The translations under genes were made by a program, and so were the position numbers. This document shows, in pieces, positions 58,060 to 64,000 of a stretch of 64,000 nt of DNA (position 1 is its first letter; each line of letters starts with the position of its first letter). The stretch is from NCBI RefSeq assembly GCF_009914755.1, contig NC_060925.1, one strand, 5' to 3'. This stretch comes from the human T2T-CHM13v2.0 reference genome, Homo sapiens. The notes below the pieces were generated by a model. It saw nothing but the letters and a program-made list of their open reading frames with translations. It made no database searches and was not told the DNA's origin.

Positions 58060-58660
58060 CTAATTCATTTGACTTTCAACCAATATTTATTAAACATTTA
58101 CTCTGTGCAGGGATCTGTACTTAGCATAACTATCAACCATGCAGCAGACAAAGACCTTGTCCTCATGGAATTCGTGATTTAAGGAGGGAAACAGTAAAGA
58201 AATCAACTTTTATATAAATACAATTTGGGATACAAGTAATGGAAGAAAAATAACATGATGCACCAAAAGAGATTAACAGGGGAGGTCTAATTTAGATTAT
58301 GGAGTCAGAGTAGGTCCATATGGTGAAGTGATGAAAACTAAGACATAATGGGGGTATGGGAGGTGAGGAGAGTGTAAGATCATTGCCTGCTGAGGGGAGG
58401 CATTTGAGAGGGCCCTTTGTCAGGAAGGCTGGCATGACCAGAGCCTGGTGAAGGAGAGGCAAGCCCCTCCAGATGAGGTTAAAGAGGTAGGCGGAGGATG
58501 CTGTGACTTTTGGGCCAGGCTATAGATTGTGCAATTATTTCTACGAGTAGTAGGAAATTATTGAAGGACTTTGAATAAGAAAATCATATAATCATTTATG
58601 TCTATGGCATAGAAAGTGGATTTGAAGAGGCAAGAGGGAATATGAGAGCCCAATCAGAAG
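58060..58660 (-). mobile_element. L2 3' fragment
   Basis: ttcaaccaatatttattaaacatttactctgtgc..gtcctcatggaatt. Confidence 0.6.
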
Positions 58661-58664
58661 ATCT

Positions 58665-59165
58665 ATTGGTTAGGAATTTGGATTTGGTTGCTTGTAATAG
58701 AAAATCTCAGAGAAGAATGGTTTTAGAAAGCTGGAAGTTTGCTCTCCTCTCATGTGAGCGGAAACCTAGAAGAGACAATCCAGGCTTGGAGTGGCTTGTC
58801 AGGGCTGAGACTTCTTTGATTGCTTGGGCCTTTCTCTCATGGGGTGGGAAGATAAAGCATCCGCCAGCACATTCACATTTCAGGCAGAAAGAAGCGGAAA
58901 GCTTTAAGGGCAAAGACGGAACATGTCAGCCTCCGTCTATCCCCTGCAGCCCCTGCTTTGAAAAGACTTTTCTTTCCCAGAATTCCACCCAACAATTTTT
59001 ACTCACATTTGTCTACCCAAAGCTATGTCACATGGCCACGCTTATCTGCAAGATAACCTGGAAAATGTTGAATTTTTTAAAAAAACTGGATCTGTTACCC
59101 AGCCCAGCAAAATTAGGCTTAGTAAGGAACAAGAGAAAAATGAATATTTGATAGGCAACACGCTA
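58665..59165 (-). mobile_element. Old MaLR LTR (MLT1J/K-like)
   Basis: gttaggaatttggatttggttgcttgtaatagaaa..tgtcacatggccacgcttatctgcaag..gataggcaac. Confidence 0.55.
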
Positions 59166-59464
59166 TCTCTGCCCTGTTCACCACTTTCCATCACTCAAAG
59201 GGAGAGTAAGTGTGGTTTGCTTGTGTGAGGGATGGTTGTACCCTGTTAGGCGGAAGCAGACTGTTGTTTCTAAGTTTAATCATGGGAAGAGAAATGTGCT
59301 AGAATGTAAAAGCACTGAAGAGGAGGCCTAGCAAATGACTATAAGTTGGCTCACTCAAAACCCACCCTTCTAACTTACCTTCCTGAACTAGATTCCTTTG
59401 GCACATTATCTGGTTTACACCTCACATGCAGAGTCATCCAAATTTTGGATACAAAAGTGAGCAA

Positions 59465-59794
59465 TGTATAGTGGCATATCCATACTTATAGGGATATCAG
59501 CTTCTGTGGCAAGCAACTGACAGACATATCTGGTCCTCCTGGCGCTCCCAAGTTCTGGGGTCTCAACCTTAAGCTTAACAGGGTCTAAACAGTCCAGGGG
59601 TGGGTGTGCTTAGGCATTCTTGCTGAGTGTGTTGCCTGTAACTGTGATGTTTATTGCTATAAAGTATCCAAAGGTAGTCCTCTAGCTCTATCATACATTA
59701 TTTGAGGCAATTAATTTTCTGTAATAAATACTGTCCTGCTACAAATAGCTAGAGTAGATTCACTTGTCTACAACTAAGGACCCTGAGCAGTATA
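59465..59794 (+). mobile_element. ERVL LTR 3' part (LTR40/41-like)
   Basis: aataaa..tagctagagtagattcacttgtctacaactaaggaccctgagcagtata. Confidence 0.4.
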
Positions 59795-59899
59795 GAAAGT
59801 ACTAACCTATGGGCCAGTGTATAGGCAGTTTCTTGTATTGTTATGAATATAAATTGTTTATATATTATTATGAATACATGGCATTTTATTAAAAGCTCA

Positions 59900-60720
59900 C
59901 TATGTGCCAACTACCTATTGAACTCTCCTCTTGGATATCCCAAAGATACCCCACACTTCGACAAGGAACTCCTGATTTTTGCCATTCAGCATTGTTTTTA
60001 TGGCTTTGGGTTATGTAATCCAGAAATCCAGAAATTTGGGAGGCTTTGTAGACATCCCTCTCAGTGTACACATTTATTCCACAACCAAGTTCTATTTTGC
60101 CTCCTAAATACTGTATCTCTGGATTTTAGACACTTTTCTACATTTCCATCATCATCATCATCATCATCATTCTAATCAAAGCTACCATGATCTCTCACCT
60201 GAACTACTGAATTAGTTTCTTAACTGATATAATTGCATCTTCTCTGGACCTCCTCATATCTAGATTTTATAATTTTGCCACAATTTTTAACATGAAATAA
60301 GATCATGTTTCTAACTGGTTAAAATCCTCCAATGGCTTCACATTGCTTGTGGGATACAGACAAATTCATGAAGTTCCTGCACAGCCTGGCCCTTGCCCTC
60401 CTTTCCCACACTGCCCCTTGCTTTCTATCTGTCCACATTCTTGTCACACTCCCAGCCCTTGCACATGTCATTTTCTCTTCTAGAATATTCTTCCTTCCTC
60501 TCTTTTCCTAGGGAACTCTCACACATCCTTCAGATCTCAGCTTTAGCACAACTTCCTACTTAACTAGGCTCAGAAAACCATCCTTTATAGCATTAATCAC
60601 AGTGGCAATTTTAAATGTATTTGTCACTATTTGGTGGATGCCTACCTACATCCACTAAACTGTAAGTTCTATGTAAAAAGGAATAGTATTAGGTCCCTTC
60701 TGTACCATATATTGTTTTAA
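59900..60720 (+). mobile_element. L2 fragment containing a (CAT)8 repeat at about 60148-60171
   Basis: atctctcacctgaactactg..ttaaaatcctccaatggctt..catccttcagatctcagct..cactaaactgtaagttc. Confidence 0.65.
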
Positions 60721-61863
60721 TTCATATTTCTTTGATCACTGAGGTTGAACAAGCATAGCACCTTTTGAATAGTGAATAAAAGAATGATCAAGCCAGGTAG
60801 TTGTATGTATAATTGATAATTTTGATGGCAAACTTGCAAAGTAGGCATTATTTCCAAATCTACAGGCAGGTCCCAAAAGCAGTATGTGACAGGAAAAGGT
60901 GGGACATAAATCCAGGTCTGTCTGAATGAACCCTAAGTCTGAATTCCTCCTACTTGACCATGCTGTCTTCCCCTCTTAAATGACACAGAGCATGTGAGAG
61001 GACTTTGTGAAAAATATTGTTGTTTGGTATTTTTTATCCTTATTATCTAGGCTGGGAGAATGAATGAAGGGCGGTACTGCTCCCCATCATCAACATAAAA
61101 TACCAAATAATGAAGGGAAGTATCTAGCATAACCAGTTTGCACAGCACCACACTGGCAGCATCCTTGTGTTTCAGTTTGGCTGGCAGTCTCAGGAATTTC
61201 ATATTTTATTAGGTGTCTTGTGATAACAACCACTCAAAACACAATTCGTCTTGATTATTAATGTCTTCAGTATTTCTATAATAAATATAGTGTTCTGATC
61301 TGAACCAGATAAAACTAAGACTTTATTCAACTCTCCACATCTCAGAAACCTATAAGTCATCAAGGATGTAATGTGAGAGGCAAAGAACAAAGGGGTAGAA
61401 AGATGAGTACAGACAGAAACAACTCATCATTTTCTTATTTCTGAGGAATGTGCCCTCCTGTATTTCTGACTAACTCTAGCCAATTACTTTGATTTGCAGC
61501 TGTGGGAGGGGATTGGTTTCCTCCAGGTAAACGCATGGTCTACTCCTTCTACTTAGGAGAGTAGCAAGAGGGAAAGTGCATAGCTCCTTACAGTCTTAAG
61601 AGGACCCAAGTCCTGAGGGAAATAACAAGAGAGCAAACAGAATTTGGGAAACACTGCCAAGGGCAGGAGGAGTAGGGACTCTGAGGACTATAAATGTCAG
61701 GCTAACTGATGCCCAGCTACTCCAGTCCCCATCTTAAATTAGGAAAGGGAGGAAACAAAATCAGAACAGTTTTTCCAAGATATTCAACATGACCAAAGTT
61801 ACTTATTAAGTGGTGACAGATATTAAGAAGAATGCTCTGGTATATTGCTTTAAAAAATATTAG

Positions 61864-62201
<338 letters not shown>

Positions 62202-62239
62202 TAAGAAGCAGAAAGCTGTCCATTAAAAATCAACCAATA

Positions 62240-62900
62240 ATGGTGCCACTAGAAATAACCTCTGTTAAGTTTTGATCAGACATTTTGCTTCCAGTATTAT
62301 ATGAATCTCTTCACACAGCTGTTAACAGCCTAAATATACAATTTTGCATCTTTTTTATAAGATATAGTGGTATTATTTTACCAAGTCATTAAAAATTTTT
62401 CACAGACACAATTTGAATAGACAGCATAGTATTTAATTATACAGATACACATACCCTACTTAACCCTAGCCCTAATTTTAAGATGTTTTTCTTGTTTCCT
62501 TTTATTATATAGCACAATAATAAACATTTTTGTTGCTAAATCTTGTCTATATGTGTCATTATTTCCTTAGGCCAGATTCTGTAAGGGGATTTTTGCATCA
62601 AAGGATGTGAAAATTAAGGCTTCCAATACAAATTTCAAAATTCCTTTCCACTGCCAGCATGAGTTAATCTCACTTTAAATATTAGCAATTTAGAAATCTT
62701 TTAATATTCCAAAGAGTAGTAATAGTCTTATTTTTTCATTTATTACTGAGAGTCAATGAGAATATTATATTTACAGTTTATATTTCTTCTTTTAGAAAAT
62801 ATGTTTATGTATCCTTGGCCTGTTTTTCTATTGGACGTTGTTCATTTTCTTAAAGATTTATGTAAGCCCCTTGTATAGCTAGAACATATATAGCTTCATA
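62240..62900 (-). mobile_element. Old L1ME-type 3' remnant
   Basis: cagcatagtattt..taaacatttttgttgctaaatctt..atttccttagg..tccttggcctgtttttctattgg. Confidence 0.45.
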
Positions 62901-63565
62901 AGACTAAGGTCTATGAGTAGCTGTGTTTCCTGAAAACAATAGAGTTTGACAATTCAGTTGGCTCTAATTCATCTAATTTACTATTAACATTTTAGAAGAT
63001 GGCCAACGAGATTAAAGAGATAATCAAGACTAATCAAGCAACTTTAACATTTTGTCTATGATAAGTGATCTTTCTGTAACCAGGGCTCAGATAAAACAAG
63101 CATATTTTTAGGAGGAAAGAGGAGTTCCAAAGACCCTCAGGGTCTGAAGGGAATTCGTGTTTGCATTCAAGGTAAGAATTCCACTTCCATTTGACTTCCT
63201 ATCTAGGTGGTGACCAACTACGTGTGTTTAAAATGCAAACTGATCAGCGAGTTAGAAAATTAAGATGAAAAGGCTTGAGCAGTTCCTTCTATGTTGCTTT
63301 ATATTGCTAGAATGACGTGTTCCCAGACAAGGTAAAATAAGTTATACAAAAGTCAAACAATAAAAAATAAAGGTGCAGAAAAAAATGTAAATCAAATTAT
63401 TAAGAATGGCCTGGAAGATGAGAATCGGGGAGTTTTTTATTTCCATCATTATGCTTTTTTGCATTTGTTTTAGTAAGTATGTATACTACAAACATATTGT
63501 CAGAGAAAACAATAAAGCTATCAAAAAGTGGCCTGAATTTTTGGCAAATTCAACAAATTTAATGG

Positions 63566-63757
63566 TTATTCCTCAAAGATCTAGAAGCAGAAATACCATT
63601 TGACCCAGCAATCGCATTTCTGTGTGTATACCCAAAGGAATATAAATCATTCTATTATAAAGATACATGCACACATATGTTCATTGCAGCACAATTCACA
63701 ACAGCAAAGAATAGGAAATCAACCCAAATGCCCATCAATGATAGACTGATAAAGAAA
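63566..63757 (+). mobile_element. 5'-truncated older L1PA/L1PB fragment (ORF2 C-terminal region)
   Basis: ttcctcaaagatctagaagcagaaataccatttgacccagcaatc..cccatcaatgatagactgataaagaaa. Confidence 0.8.
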
Positions 63758-64000
63758 CTACCATCAGAGTGAACAGGCAACCTACAAAATGGGAGAAAGT
63801 TTTCACAACCTACTCATCTGACAAAGGGCTAATATCCAGAATCTACAAAGAACTCAAACAAATTTACAAGAAAAAAACAAACAACCCCATCAAAATGTGG
63901 GCAAAGGACATGAACAGACACTTCTCAAAAGAAGACATTTATGCAGCCAAAAAACACATGAAAAAATGCTCACTGGCCATCAGAGAAATGCAAATCAAAA
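63751..64000 (+). mobile_element. Younger L1PA (about PA3-PA5) ORF2 fragment running off the window
   Basis: aaagaaactaccatcagagtgaacaggcaacctacaaaatgggag..gacatttatgcagccaaaaaacacatg. Confidence 0.85.

Noticed and set aside
58642-59151. 169-aa ORF
   Set aside because: Lies in an old MaLR LTR; no homology recognised

Overview
Primate (Alu- and L1PA-bearing, human-like) non-coding DNA, AT-rich and dominated by transposon fossils. I recognise no intact protein-coding gene; essentially every ORF with recognisable homology is a broken LINE-1 ORF1/ORF2 piece or an Alu translation. Bases 1-13930 are a nested stack. An old minus-strand L1M hosts an MLT1A LTR (which hosts an AluSc carrying a CA microsatellite) and a full-length L1PA7-like element with a 17-bp TSD. 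That L1PA7-like element hosts an opposite-strand, doubly truncated 1-kb ORF2 fragment of a younger L1 with no tail and no TSD, the most unusual structure here. The rest is MIR/L2/ERVL-MaLR/hAT/Tigger debris, six more Alus and a U6 retrocopy. A few non-repetitive islands look regulatory (CpG-rich 32.4-33.0 kb; homeodomain-motif cluster at 54.1-54.3 kb). Further leads are a hairpin element at 22.3 kb, a 210-nt open-frame candidate exon at 30.1-30.3 kb (minus), an ORF0-like ORF, and a short Gypsy-RT-like AAYLDDIV motif at 45.3 kb. I cannot support a claim of a new biological system. Subfamily names come from recalled consensus sequences and need RepeatMasker/Dfam confirmation; boundaries of old repeats are approximate.
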